49,944 nt of DNA from Candidatus Subterrananammoxibius californiae (GTDB lineage: Bacteria; Planctomycetota; Brocadiia; Brocadiales; Subterrananammoxibiaceae), in assembly GCA_030586555.1 (NCBI GenBank), contig JAURAC010000025.1, positions 1 to 49,944 of the forward strand, given 5' to 3'. A program made the translations under genes and the position numbers. Position 1 is the stretch's first letter, and every line of letters begins with the position of its first letter. The notes under the pieces were generated by a model. It was not told the origin of the DNA. It saw nothing but the letters and a program-made list of their open reading frames with translations, and ran no database searches. Of the stretch, positions 1 through 8,113 are shown one piece after another.

Positions 1-113
1 ACCTCATCATATCTTATGACCGGTATTACGGCGCACTAATCAGGACGCAATTCGGAGAACCCTTCATCAGCCGTGAGAAGATTGGGTTAAAGGATATAAG
101 GGACTTGGTGTAG
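1..113 (+). CDS. 3' end of an unidentified CDS entering the window
   Basis: Frame from position 3 reads LIISYDRYYGALIRTQFGEPFISREKIGLKDIRDLV then TAG at 111-113, followed by an inverted-repeat terminator-like element. Confidence 0.6.
   Translation, partial: LIISYDRYYGALIRTQFGEPFISREKIGLKDIRDLV
90..113 (+). repeat. 24-bp direct repeat copy 1 (gene 3' end); partner at 1108-1131
   Basis: aaggatataagggacttggtgtag vs aaggatataagggatttggtgtag, 1 mismatch. Confidence 0.9.
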
Positions 114-120
114 CCCGCCT

Positions 121-186
121 CTCTTGTCTCTTGTTTCTTGTTTGTCCTTTAACTCCAAACTCGAAACAAGAAACACAAAACACGAG
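121..186. terminator. Inverted heptamer array between convergent genes, possible bidirectional terminator
   Basis: Left arm tcttgtc/tcttgtt/tcttgtt faces right arm cgaaaca/agaaaca/caaaaca. Confidence 0.45.
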
Positions 187-192
187 TTGGCG

Positions 193-582
193 TTAAGCCA
201 CTTCCATATGCCTTTTCATAAAATATTGCCAGTCTTGATACCTTCCTAAAGCTTCTCCTTCAAAAGCAACTCGTAATTCATCGTCTCTATTTAGAATAAG
301 TATACCTTTAGTTATAATTTCAAAACCAAAGAGGGGATTGTCTATATAATTTAAGATAACAACATCCACAGCGTCAGTTTTCAATACAATGGAAAGCCTG
401 TTTTCTATGTCAAATTTTTGCCATACTGGATTTTTCTCAAGAATTTCATCTTTTATATAAACAGCAATATCCCAGTCACTTCTATATGATTCTTTATTCT
501 TTACCTTTGAACCAAAAAGATAGGCAAAGGATATTAATTGCTCTTTAGAAAGAGTGGATTTAATTGCATCAATTTCAATCAT
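193..582 (-). CDS. Minimal nucleotidyltransferase (MntA-like antitoxin)
   Basis: AYLFGS-x10-DWDIAV motif (GSx10DxD) and VDVVILN; overlaps the HEPN gene by 4 nt. Confidence 0.9.
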   Translation of the reverse strand: MIEIDAIKSTLSKEQLISFAYLFGSKVKNKESYRSDWDIAVYIKDEILEKNPVWQKFDIENRLSIVLKTDAVDVVILNYIDNPLFGFEIITKGILILNRDDELRVAFEGEALGRYQDWQYFMKRHMEVA

Positions 583-986
583 TTCTTCTCCTCTACCAAC
601 CCCAGAAATTTTTCTATGTCTGCCATTTTGTAATTCAAAAAGTCTTCAAGAGTTGGGATGGTCTCTTTCAAATATTCGTGTGCCAGGAAGTTTCTTAGGC
701 CTGCAATATATACAAAGTTATAAGCGAAATCTTCGGGAATAATTTTGAATTCCCCGAGATTATAGATAGCTTCTCTATATGTTGCCGGCTTTGGATAACC
801 CTTTTTGACAATAATAAGGTCAGCGATATCCAAAACCATCTCGGCACACAGAAAAACAGACCTTTCAACTATCTTTTTGATATCTACAGATGTTCTTAAG
901 CCTTTAATGAACCTGTCTTTGTTTGCTTTAAGATAGACCGTTTCTTCCTTAAGCCTTTGAATCTTTTGGAATAGGACCCCTTCCAT
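579..986 (-). CDS. HEPN/DUF86 ribonuclease toxin (HepT-like)
   Basis: GLRNFLAHEY is the Rx4HxY motif; 135 aa; adjacent to MNT. Confidence 0.9.
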   Translation of the reverse strand: MEGVLFQKIQRLKEETVYLKANKDRFIKGLRTSVDIKKIVERSVFLCAEMVLDIADLIIVKKGYPKPATYREAIYNLGEFKIIPEDFAYNFVYIAGLRNFLAHEYLKETIPTLEDFLNYKMADIEKFLGLVEEKK

Positions 987-993
987 AACCTAA

Positions 994-1022
994 ACTTTAC
1001 CTGAATTTCAGTAATATGTCAA
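994..1022 (-). promoter_or_regulatory. sigma70-type promoter of the HEPN-MNT operon
   Basis: Minus strand TTGACA-17 nt-TAAAGT, 7 nt before the ATG; palindrome ctgaatttcag in the spacer. Confidence 0.65.
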
Positions 1023-1107
1023 TAGGCAGGGACAAGTGACGAGGTTTTAGTCAAGGAATATTTTCTTTTCCTCCTTCACTCGTCCCTATCACCTTGGCCC
1101 TGTCTGT

Positions 1108-1131
1108 AAGGATATAAGGGATTTGGTGTAG
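1108..1131 (+). repeat. 24-bp direct repeat copy 2
   Basis: Matches 90-113 at 23/24 positions. Confidence 0.9.
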
Positions 1132-1222
1132 AGACCATTATAAATTGTAAAGTGTAGATTTAAAATTTCAAATTTGCAATTATCATTTTACAATTTTATA
1201 ATAGTCACGATAGGATTAAACT

Positions 1223-1591
1223 ATGCAGAGAAATGGTCAATTAAAGAAATACGTCACATTACAACAAAAGTACGTAAATGACGCTGATGCGTTGCTAAAA
1301 AAAGGCGATTACGTACAGGCATCTGAAAAACTGTGGGGGTCCATTGCTACATTAACAAAGGCAATCGCTACGCTTCGTAAAAAACGAATTAATTCACACG
1401 ATGGAATCACATTCTTTTTGGCAACTGTTCTAAATGAACTCAAAGACAAAAGCATGTTAAGAGTTATTTTAATGGCTAACGGCTTACATCAAAATTTTTA
1501 CGAAGATACCCTGATTCCAGAAATGGTAATAGAAGGCGCAAAGGCTATAAAACATCTTTCAAAAAGAATGCGGAATTATTTCAATTTGTGA
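1223..1591 (+). CDS. PaREP1-family (HEPN-like) protein
   Basis: GDYVQASEKLWGS and LHQNFYE motifs; 122 aa. Confidence 0.8.
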   Translation: MQRNGQLKKYVTLQQKYVNDADALLKKGDYVQASEKLWGSIATLTKAIATLRKKRINSHDGITFFLATVLNELKDKSMLRVILMANGLHQNFYEDTLIPEMVIEGAKAIKHLSKRMRNYFNL

Positions 1592-1620
1592 ATCCTACCC
1601 TTCCAAGTAGGTGGCGCCAT

Positions 1621-2481
1621 TTATAAAGATGATATTTGCCACTCTCCCGTAAAGACCTCTGTGGCTGGTCCGGTCATGTAGACATTTTCATCCTCTGCCC
1701 ATTCGATTTCGAGGTCGCCTCCGGGTAGATGTGCGAGGATATTTCTATCAGTTCTTCCACTTATAACGCCGGCAACGCAAACTGCTGATGCTCCAGTACC
1801 ACATGCCAAGGTTTCCCCTGAACCCCTCTCCCACGTTCTCATCTTCACCTCTTTCGATGAAAAGACCTTCACAAAATGAACGTTCGTTCGTTCAGGAAAA
1901 ACCTTGTGTTTTTCAATAACAGGACCTAAATCAGAAAGTGGAATTGAATCCACATCGTCAACAAAAATAACGCAGTGTGGATTCCCCATTGAAACGCAGG
2001 TAACATTGAATGTGTTATCGTTGACCTGTAACGCCTCGTCAATTACACGTAAGGGCGGGGTAACCCCGCCCCTACCATTGCCAAGCATAGGGATTTCACT
2101 CCTTAAAAGCCCCGGCTTGTCCATATTGACCTTGACTTTTGAGACTTTTCCATCTGCAACATACAGTTGCAGGGTCTTTATACCGCATTGGGTTTCGACT
2201 GAAAGTATTTCCTTCTTTGCAATGCCATGCTCATATACATACTTTGCCACGCATCGTATGCCATTGCCGCACATCTCCGCCTCGCTGCCATCGGCGTTAA
2301 AGATGCGCATACGCACATCCGCTTCTCTTGATGGCAAAATAAGAATTAAGCCATCAGAGCCGATACCAAAATGTCTGTCGCTAACTGCTTTTGCCAATGC
2401 GGAAGGATTTTCAACCGTTTCCTCAAAACAGTTGACATACACGTAATCGTTTCCAATCCCGTGCATCTTGGTGAATTTCAT
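1621..2481 (-). CDS. dapF: Diaminopimelate epimerase
   Basis: [13 protein letters not shown] start, [31 protein letters not shown]; likely start at 2481 rather than 2514. Confidence 0.97.
   Translation of the reverse strand: MKFTKMHGIGNDYVYVNCFEETVENPSALAKAVSDRHFGIGSDGLILILPSREADVRMRIFNADGSEAEMCGNGIRCVAKYVYEHGIAKKEILSVETQCGIKTLQLYVADGKVSKVKVNMDKPGLLRSEIPMLGNGRGGVTPPLRVIDEALQVNDNTFNVTCVSMGNPHCVIFVDDVDSIPLSDLGPVIEKHKVFPERTNVHFVKVFSSKEVKMRTWERGSGETLACGTGASAVCVAGVISGRTDRNILAHLPGGDLEIEWAEDENVYMTGPATEVFTGEWQISSL
2049..2075. repeat. GTAG-type REP-like palindrome, in frame in dapF
   Basis: gtaagggcggggtaaccccgcccctac encodes [10 protein letters not shown]. Confidence 0.85.
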
Positions 2482-2506
2482 CTTTAGGTCCTCGGGAAAT
2501 TCTGGT

Positions 2507-2779
2507 TTAGCCACTGCTTCTGGCTAAATGCCCTACCAGAACGATCTCTTTACCATCTGCAGAGGACTCGTCTCGAGCAATTTGGTGGGCACGGTGCACG
2601 ATATGTGCATGATAATACCTGGCGCCACAACGGTCGCATACACCTACAGGAATATTCTCAAGTATAACAAACTTCTCTTTCACTCGAAACATTTCCCGTT
2701 TAACCTGCCGCTCTTTGACAACGCCATCGCAATACTCACATGTCGGATTAAAGCTATCTTTACGTATCTGTTTCTTCAT
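2507..2779 (-). CDS. YgiT/MqsA-type zinc finger protein (putative antitoxin)
   Basis: CEYC...[14 protein letters not shown]; lies downstream of a DUF4258 gene. Confidence 0.85.
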   Translation of the reverse strand: MKKQIRKDSFNPTCEYCDGVVKERQVKREMFRVKEKFVILENIPVGVCDRCGARYYHAHIVHRAHQIARDESSADGKEIVLVGHLARSSG

Positions 2780-3050
2780 AAACGGTAATAATCCTAAAAA
2801 TCTTGTCACCCCGAAACCTACCCACTATAGCAACGTGTCGCTTGTTGTCGGTAGCCGTTCCCACAATCTTATACCGAGTACCACGGGGGTCTTTGGTATA
2901 CTTTTTATCAATTCTACCCGTAAGTAAAGCTGTGTCAATATCGAAAATATCAAATCCCTCATCTGCAGCCTAATTTAAAGCATGATTAGAAATATCGTAA
3001 GAGCGTTCTAAGACTTGTTGCTTGATTCGTTCCAGAACATTCTTTGCCAT
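2760..3050 (-). pseudogene. DUF4258-family putative toxin interrupted by an in-frame TAG
   Basis: Manual translation MAKNVLERIKQQVLERSYDISNHALN*AADEGFDIFDIDTALLTGRIDKKYTKDPRGTRYKIVG...[14 protein letters not shown] at 2970-2972. Confidence 0.8.
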
Positions 3051-3073
3051 TTATAAGGTGTGTCTCAAATTAT

Positions 3074-3167
3074 TTACCAATGCAGAAGCATTCTCAACCG
3101 TTTCCTCGAAATAGTTGACATACACATAGTCATTTTTCAATCCCGTGCATCTTAGTGAATTTCATCT
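3074..3167 (-). pseudogene. dapF: Degenerate duplicate of the dapF 5' end
   Basis: Aligns to 2391-2483 with 11 substitutions and a 1-nt insertion; reads MKFTKMHGI(fs)NDYVYVNYFEETVENASAL. Confidence 0.9.
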
Positions 3168-3289
3168 GTAATCACCGTGCAAAAGGATTATTCCATGTAA
3201 AAATGTGCTTAAAAAACTTACATCGGTCGCATACGTCTCTTTCCGGAACCTATCTCTTCTCGGACCCTTGGATGGTATTCATTTTTTTT

Positions 3290-3985
3290 CTATTGATAAG
3301 ACAGTATTTCAAGATTTTCTGAGTTAATTTTATCTTTATTAATCTCAATAAACTTGGGCAGATATTCTCCCCTACACAATGCTGCAACAAATATTTGATT
3401 ATTATTAATTGCCGCATCAATAAACGTGTCTATATCTTCCCGCTTAAACTTATCAAAATATGGTACTAACAATTCCATCACGCGCTCAGCATAACAATAA
3501 CTTCCTGCCCTCTCTAATTCTTTTATCACAGCTGGAATCATAGGGCTAGGAAATTCACCAACAATCGGTTGGATTAAATAAGTTAAAAGGTCGCTATGTT
3601 CTTGTATAATTCGCATTCCTTGACACTCGATAAACCTAAATTCAAATTGCTTTCCTTGGATATGATTGATAAACCCAAAAGGGTTAGTATTGGCATCTAA
3701 TTGCAATGGAATGATAAAAATATCCCGATAATATGCGATGCCAAGTTCCTGTTGACACCAATCAGACTCTTTAAAATTTTTGCTTAAAAGTGGAATAAAA
3801 ATATCACTTTTACTTAATTCTTCTCTGATGCGTTGTTTCCACTCTTCGGCAACATAAATATCATCGTGGGCTAAAAAACCTTCTATACTAAAGCTGTCAA
3901 GTTTCTCTTTTATCTTTCCACCGATAAGTTTATCTTTTGACGAGTAGCTAATAAAGGCTTTTAACTGCATATTCTCATTTGCCAC
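3290..3985 (-). CDS. TIR-domain protein
   Basis: AFISYSSKD, FLAHDDI, FIPLLSKNFKESDWCQQELG with conserved Glu. Confidence 0.88.
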   Translation of the reverse strand: MANENMQLKAFISYSSKDKLIGGKIKEKLDSFSIEGFLAHDDIYVAEEWKQRIREELSKSDIFIPLLSKNFKESDWCQQELGIAYYRDIFIIPLQLDANTNPFGFINHIQGKQFEFRFIECQGMRIIQEHSDLLTYLIQPIVGEFPSPMIPAVIKELERAGSYCYAERVMELLVPYFDKFKREDIDTFIDAAINNNQIFVAALCRGEYLPKFIEINKDKINSENLEILSYQ

Positions 3986-3998
3986 TTTGATCTATTCC

Positions 3999-4350
3999 TT
4001 ATTCCTGATAGTCATGTACTATTCCCCTGATTTGAAAAACATCTCTGTATTTGACCTCCATAAGGCAAAGCCCTTTTGCTGGCACTGTTTCACCGGCGAG
4101 TCGTCTGTTCTTTGCGTCGAGGATTTGTTTGAATTCGTCGGGGGTGATTTTACCCCTTCCAACGTTTAAGAGCGTTCCCATGATTGCCCTCGCCATATTA
4201 TATAAGAAGCCATCTGCTTCAAGAAAAAAATGGATAAAGCTTTTTCCCCATTGCAGAGTACGGAATAGAATCGAATGCTGAACGCCTATTTATTTCAACG
4301 CTTTTCATGGTTCTCATGCTGCTCTTTTTAGTATACGCATGTGCTTGAAA
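3999..4350 (-). pseudogene. truA: C-terminal remnant of tRNA pseudouridine synthase A
   Basis: EADGFLYNMARAIMGTLLNVGRGK...AGETVPAKGLCLMEVKY; a frameshifted upstream piece reads FQAHAYTKKSSMRTMKSVEI; N-terminal half absent. Confidence 0.8.
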
Positions 4351-4643
4351 CTTGTCTATGCAACCCTGATAATGACACCTAAGAAGTGGCAAGGAGTAAA
4401 AGTAACGCCTGCTGTATTGCGCCAACTTGACACAATTAGAGAAGGATTGTTTGAATCTCAAAAATCTACCTGTGCGTACCGGGCAGACAGTCTTGTCGCT
4501 TAATTTACTTGTCATTGGAGATTATCTGCACCTCATGTTTTTACAGGAAAAATAAGACTTGACCGTTCTTTTAAAAGTCCTGTGGAAGAAAGAGCTGCTT
4601 GGATAAATAGGATATTATCAAATAAAGGTTCAACATACTTATT

Positions 4644-5126
4644 TTATGTTGGTGTACTTCCTTTCATGTAGAGTAACTTTTTTGTGGTTTTCCAGATAAA
4701 AGACCGTTCCAATACCAGAATTAGCACAAGCCAGAATGGTATGCCGAACACAGTTGCCTCGGGCCAGAAAAGGCCTACTTCATAACTCTTCCAGGAGAAA
4801 GGAAAGAACCAATAGTACTCTTCTTCACCGATGTGTATTTGAAAGAAATCGAGAAAGAGATGTAAATAGCTTCCTGATACTAAAGCGATAAATACCCCTT
4901 TTCGGATGCCTTCATCGAAAAAAAGGCAAAGAAAATAACAGATAAAAATCAACACGAAAGGTGTGTGAATTGGCAGCAAAAATGGTACAAGGGATGGAAT
5001 GGCAATAAAAAGACCTCTCGTAAGAAGGTCTGGCAGGAGTGTTCCCAGGACAAACAGGATTAACTTATCCTTGAAAACCCATTTTAAAAAGTATGCAACG
5101 GAACAATGTGTGATTAAATCGGGCAT
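4644..5126 (-). CDS. Membrane-bound metal-dependent hydrolase (YdjM-like)
   Basis: MPDLITH, GTLLPD, HTP, HLFLD motifs in a hydrophobic protein. Confidence 0.75.
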   Translation of the reverse strand: MPDLITHCSVAYFLKWVFKDKLILFVLGTLLPDLLTRGLFIAIPSLVPFLLPIHTPFVLIFICYFLCLFFDEGIRKGVFIALVSGSYLHLFLDFFQIHIGEEEYYWFFPFSWKSYEVGLFWPEATVFGIPFWLVLILVLERSFIWKTTKKLLYMKGSTPT

Positions 5127-5183
5127 AAATCCCTCCCATAGGCGGAAGGCTCAAGAAAGGATAGGCTGAAGGGAAGACAGTCA

Positions 5184-5600
5184 TCAGCCTTCAACCATCA
5201 GCCTTAAGCCTTTTTTACTCCATTTCAGCCTTTTTGCAATAATCCAAAATACGACTATTATTGGAGGCAACGAAACATACATGGCATAGTTTCTGTATTT
5301 ATGGACATGGAAGCTGTTCAATTTTAAGTTTCCATCGTTTAAAAATGAGGCTGTAAAACTTACATAATCACCCTTTTTAATATCAGAAATATCTCCAAAG
5401 ACTGTGGTTTTTCTGCCATGCCAACCATAAGTAAAGTAATTCTCCCCTACATCCGAAACCTTCCTGTACTTGCAGATAATATTGGTATTTTCTGACGGAT
5501 TTTCTGAATAACGCAAGGTTAAGAAACTGTACAAGCATGCCCCGAGGATAATGGCTAATGTAACGCTAAACTTTAAATAATAGAGCTTGTTTGAAAACAT
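5184..5600 (-). CDS. Hypothetical membrane protein with small beta-rich (OB-like) domain
   Basis: Two hydrophobic helices flank a beta-rich segment (DIKKGDYVSFTASF). Confidence 0.6.
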   Translation of the reverse strand: MFSNKLYYLKFSVTLAIILGACLYSFLTLRYSENPSENTNIICKYRKVSDVGENYFTYGWHGRKTTVFGDISDIKKGDYVSFTASFLNDGNLKLNSFHVHKYRNYAMYVSLPPIIVVFWIIAKRLKWSKKGLRLMVEG

Positions 5601-5636
5601 TTTTCAGATGATATAGTACAAAGGGTGTTATCTTTA

Positions 5637-5807
5637 TTAGCTTTTTAATCTGTACTTTAAAAGTGTCCAGATAGCGTAAATGCCATCTTTCCAGCTTATC
5701 TTCTTACCTTCTTGTTTCTTTCTTGGACTATAATTTATTGGAACTTCATGAATCATTATTTTTTTAGGAATTTTTGCTGTAACCTCTGAACAAAACTCGA
5801 ATCTGTC
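5637..5807 (-). pseudogene. 3' remnant of a DPM1-like GT2 gene
   Basis: Manual translation RFEFCSEVTAKIPKKIMIHEVPINYSPRKKQEGKKISWKDGIYAIWTLLKYRLKS*. Confidence 0.8.
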
Positions 5808-5926
5808 AAAGAATCGTCTACAATTATGATTTCCTTATCAATATTTACATCCTTTACGTGCAGTTAATTATTTCTACAATAGTATTCTTTTCATTATAAA
5901 CAGGTTTAATAACAGAAAGTTTCATC

Positions 5927-8113
5927 TTAGAATGCCTTTATTTTATAGAGCGCTGTAAATCCAGCGCCTCTCCTTCTATCAGAAGTAAATATAATGTGGG
6001 TTAAATCTGTCATCCAGCAAGGGTTTGTATCGCTTCTTCTTTCTTTTGAAACCTGTCGTAATGAAGTAGTTTGGACATCATAAATCCATATATCCCAATT
6101 GCCGCTCCTATTAGAGGAGAATGCGATATATTTTCCATCGGGTGACCAGCATGGTTGCCGCTCTGTGGAAGAACCAAATGTAATTTGCTTTGTGCTTCTA
6201 TCAATGAGATTCATTATGTATAATTTGTACGAACCTGTCAAGTTAGAAGCGTAAACAAGTTTGTTTCCATCTGGAGAAAAGGATGGCTCGATTTCTTCAG
6301 CAGAGGTGGCTATCAGACATATAGGAGTCGGGAGTTCGGAGTTAGGAGTTCGGAGTTGTGTAAGGTAAATGTCACTATTGCCCTTACAATTAGATACAAA
6401 GGCTATCTCATCCGCCTCAGGTGGATTTCCACGAAAGGCTGGATATTGTGCATTTAATGTGGGGTCTGTAATTGCAATAGGAGACTGACCATCTTTGTAA
6501 AGGTATATACAGGAATGCCTATCTTTGACGCCCTCAAATGCTACGAGATTTCCTTCCGTACTCAGTTTCGGCGTAAACGCATCACCATCAAACTGTAATT
6601 GCAAAGGACCATTTTCGTCCATTAAAACGTAACCTTTCATCTGTAGTGTGGAATAGATTAGCCTGTCTTTAGAGACAGTCGGCGAAGTTATAAGAAGCGA
6701 TTGCTCAGACTTCAGGGGGGCTGCTTCATCAGTTTTTGAAGAAAAATAATGAATGTTCCCTGTGAGAGTAAATATTAATATTAATCCTACTATTGAACAG
6801 GCAGCAATGCGTTCAGGCTTTGCGTGCTTTCTGTATTGATACAACTTTTTATAAATAAAAAGCATGGTTATAAAACCAATTAATGTAATCCAAAATCGAG
6901 GGTATGCCATGAAAACCGTACAGCCTTCTCTAAGCGAGGTGGTTATGTTTACTATATTGGAGCCTGTAGCAAGATATAACAAAAGTAAAAAGATAAGGAT
7001 TCCATATTTTTTCTTTCTGTATACTGTGTTTGCAAAAACTGCCATTGGGAGTATCCATAATAGCCAGGTGTATGAAGAGGAAATTGGGGACAGAAGGAGA
7101 GCAAAGGTTAAAAAGATGCAAAATTCCATCATTGTCCTTGTAGAGGAACGATAGTCAAGGTGGCAGTTTATTGTAGACAATGTCGAAAGAAAAATGGGAA
7201 TGCAAAATAGTATTTTAAAGATGGGATATAAAAATGGCATCTCAAACAGTGGATTTGGATTAAGGCTCGGCTCGTAAACGAACAGGTTATGGAGCAGGCT
7301 ATTTATGGTTTGATAAAACGTAGAATAAGGGTCGCAATTCCAACCGTCCGATAATTGAGGATGAAGCTCTCTTATGTAAACAAGATGCGTTTTGACACCC
7401 ATTACAGACACAGAAAGAATAGTAAATGCAAATATCCATGCAAATGTATAGGTAGCAATCTTCCATTGCTTTTTCCATAAGAAGTAAAATAAAACAAATA
7501 CTGGGAATTCTCTGGTAACGATGCCAAAAGCAAGTATTAATCCAGCAAGGTTATCATTTCCTTTTTGATAAAAGTATAACGTTGCGATAACGCTTAAAAG
7601 CAGGAGCATATATACTTGCCCAAAGAGAAAATTATTTCTTAATACCGTACCTGAAAGGATGAAGAATATGGCAATTGGAATTAACCCTTTCCCCGTAAAT
7701 TTCCTTATCAAAGCGATAGAAAGAAACATGAATAGCAAATTTAGCAAAAGCCATACATGTTTGGCTTGTAGCGGCTCAAGCTTAAATAAGGCTATTGGAG
7801 TCATTACTAAAGCAGAAAATGGTGGGAAATTATATTGACCCGGTTGATTTTTCACTCCATAGTAATCCATCTGCCTTTGAAACCATGGCATGTTATATAT
7901 GTGCTCGGTACTGACACCATCGAGTACCAGTCTTGATGCAACATAGGAATTTGCAAAATCGGTGTTTAGTTTCATCCACGACGGAATGAATGTAAAGATT
8001 ATAAAAAATAGTGCAAGTAAAATAAAAATTACACTAATAATGAATTTTTGTCTTCCACTGGGTTTATCTGTACCTAACTGGAACAATACGTCAGTGTTCA
8101 ATTTGTACCCCAA
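5927..8113 (-). CDS. GT87/DUF2029 membrane glycosyltransferase fused to TolB-like (PD40) beta-propeller
   Basis: TDFANSY, YNFPPF, NFLFGQ in the TM region; repeated PSFSPDG/PCWSPDGKYIAFSSNRSGNWDIW. Confidence 0.85.
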   Translation of the reverse strand: MGYKLNTDVLFQLGTDKPSGRQKFIISVIFILLALFFIIFTFIPSWMKLNTDFANSYVASRLVLDGVSTEHIYNMPWFQRQMDYYGVKNQPGQYNFPPFSALVMTPIALFKLEPLQAKHVWLLLNLLFMFLSIALIRKFTGKGLIPIAIFFILSGTVLRNNFLFGQVYMLLLLSVIATLYFYQKGNDNLAGLILAFGIVTREFPVFVLFYFLWKKQWKIATYTFAWIFAFTILSVSVMGVKTHLVYIRELHPQLSDGWNCDPYSTFYQTINSLLHNLFVYEPSLNPNPLFEMPFLYPIFKILFCIPIFLSTLSTINCHLDYRSSTRTMMEFCIFLTFALLLSPISSSYTWLLWILPMAVFANTVYRKKKYGILIFLLLLYLATGSNIVNITTSLREGCTVFMAYPRFWITLIGFITMLFIYKKLYQYRKHAKPERIAACSIVGLILIFTLTGNIHYFSSKTDEAAPLKSEQSLLITSPTVSKDRLIYSTLQMKGYVLMDENGPLQLQFDGDAFTPKLSTEGNLVAFEGVKDRHSCIYLYKDGQSPIAITDPTLNAQYPAFRGNPPEADEIAFVSNCKGNSDIYLTQLRTPNSELPTPICLIATSAEEIEPSFSPDGNKLVYASNLTGSYKLYIMNLIDRSTKQITFGSSTERQPCWSPDGKYIAFSSNRSGNWDIWIYDVQTTSLRQVSKERRSDTNPCWMTDLTHIIFTSDRRRGAGFTALYKIKAF
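6324..6358. repeat. Intragenic heptamer array (ggagttn x5)
   Basis: ggagtcg ggagttc ggagtta ggagttc ggagttg encodes LRTPNSELPTP. Confidence 0.85.
6410..6426. repeat. TCCGCCTCAGGCGGA-family mini-palindrome, intragenic
   Basis: atccgcctcaggtggat encodes NPPEAD. Confidence 0.75.

Noticed and set aside
1904..2446. Antisense ORFs of the track (e.g. 1904-2446, 24312-24704, 39411-39923, 48229-48642)
   Set aside because: Shadow frames of well-supported opposite-strand genes with no motifs
2970..2972. Pyrrolysine or stop-codon reassignment
   Set aside because: TAG is a normal terminator in other genes here, and no pyl genes are present in the window
3230..3246. Short match to the YgiT gene (cggtcgcatac, VCDRC)
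   Set aside because: Only about 11 nt with no flanking similarity; compatible with chance
4219..4515. 98-aa ORF as a real gene
   Set aside because: Partly a frameshifted truA remnant; the rest has no recognisable features
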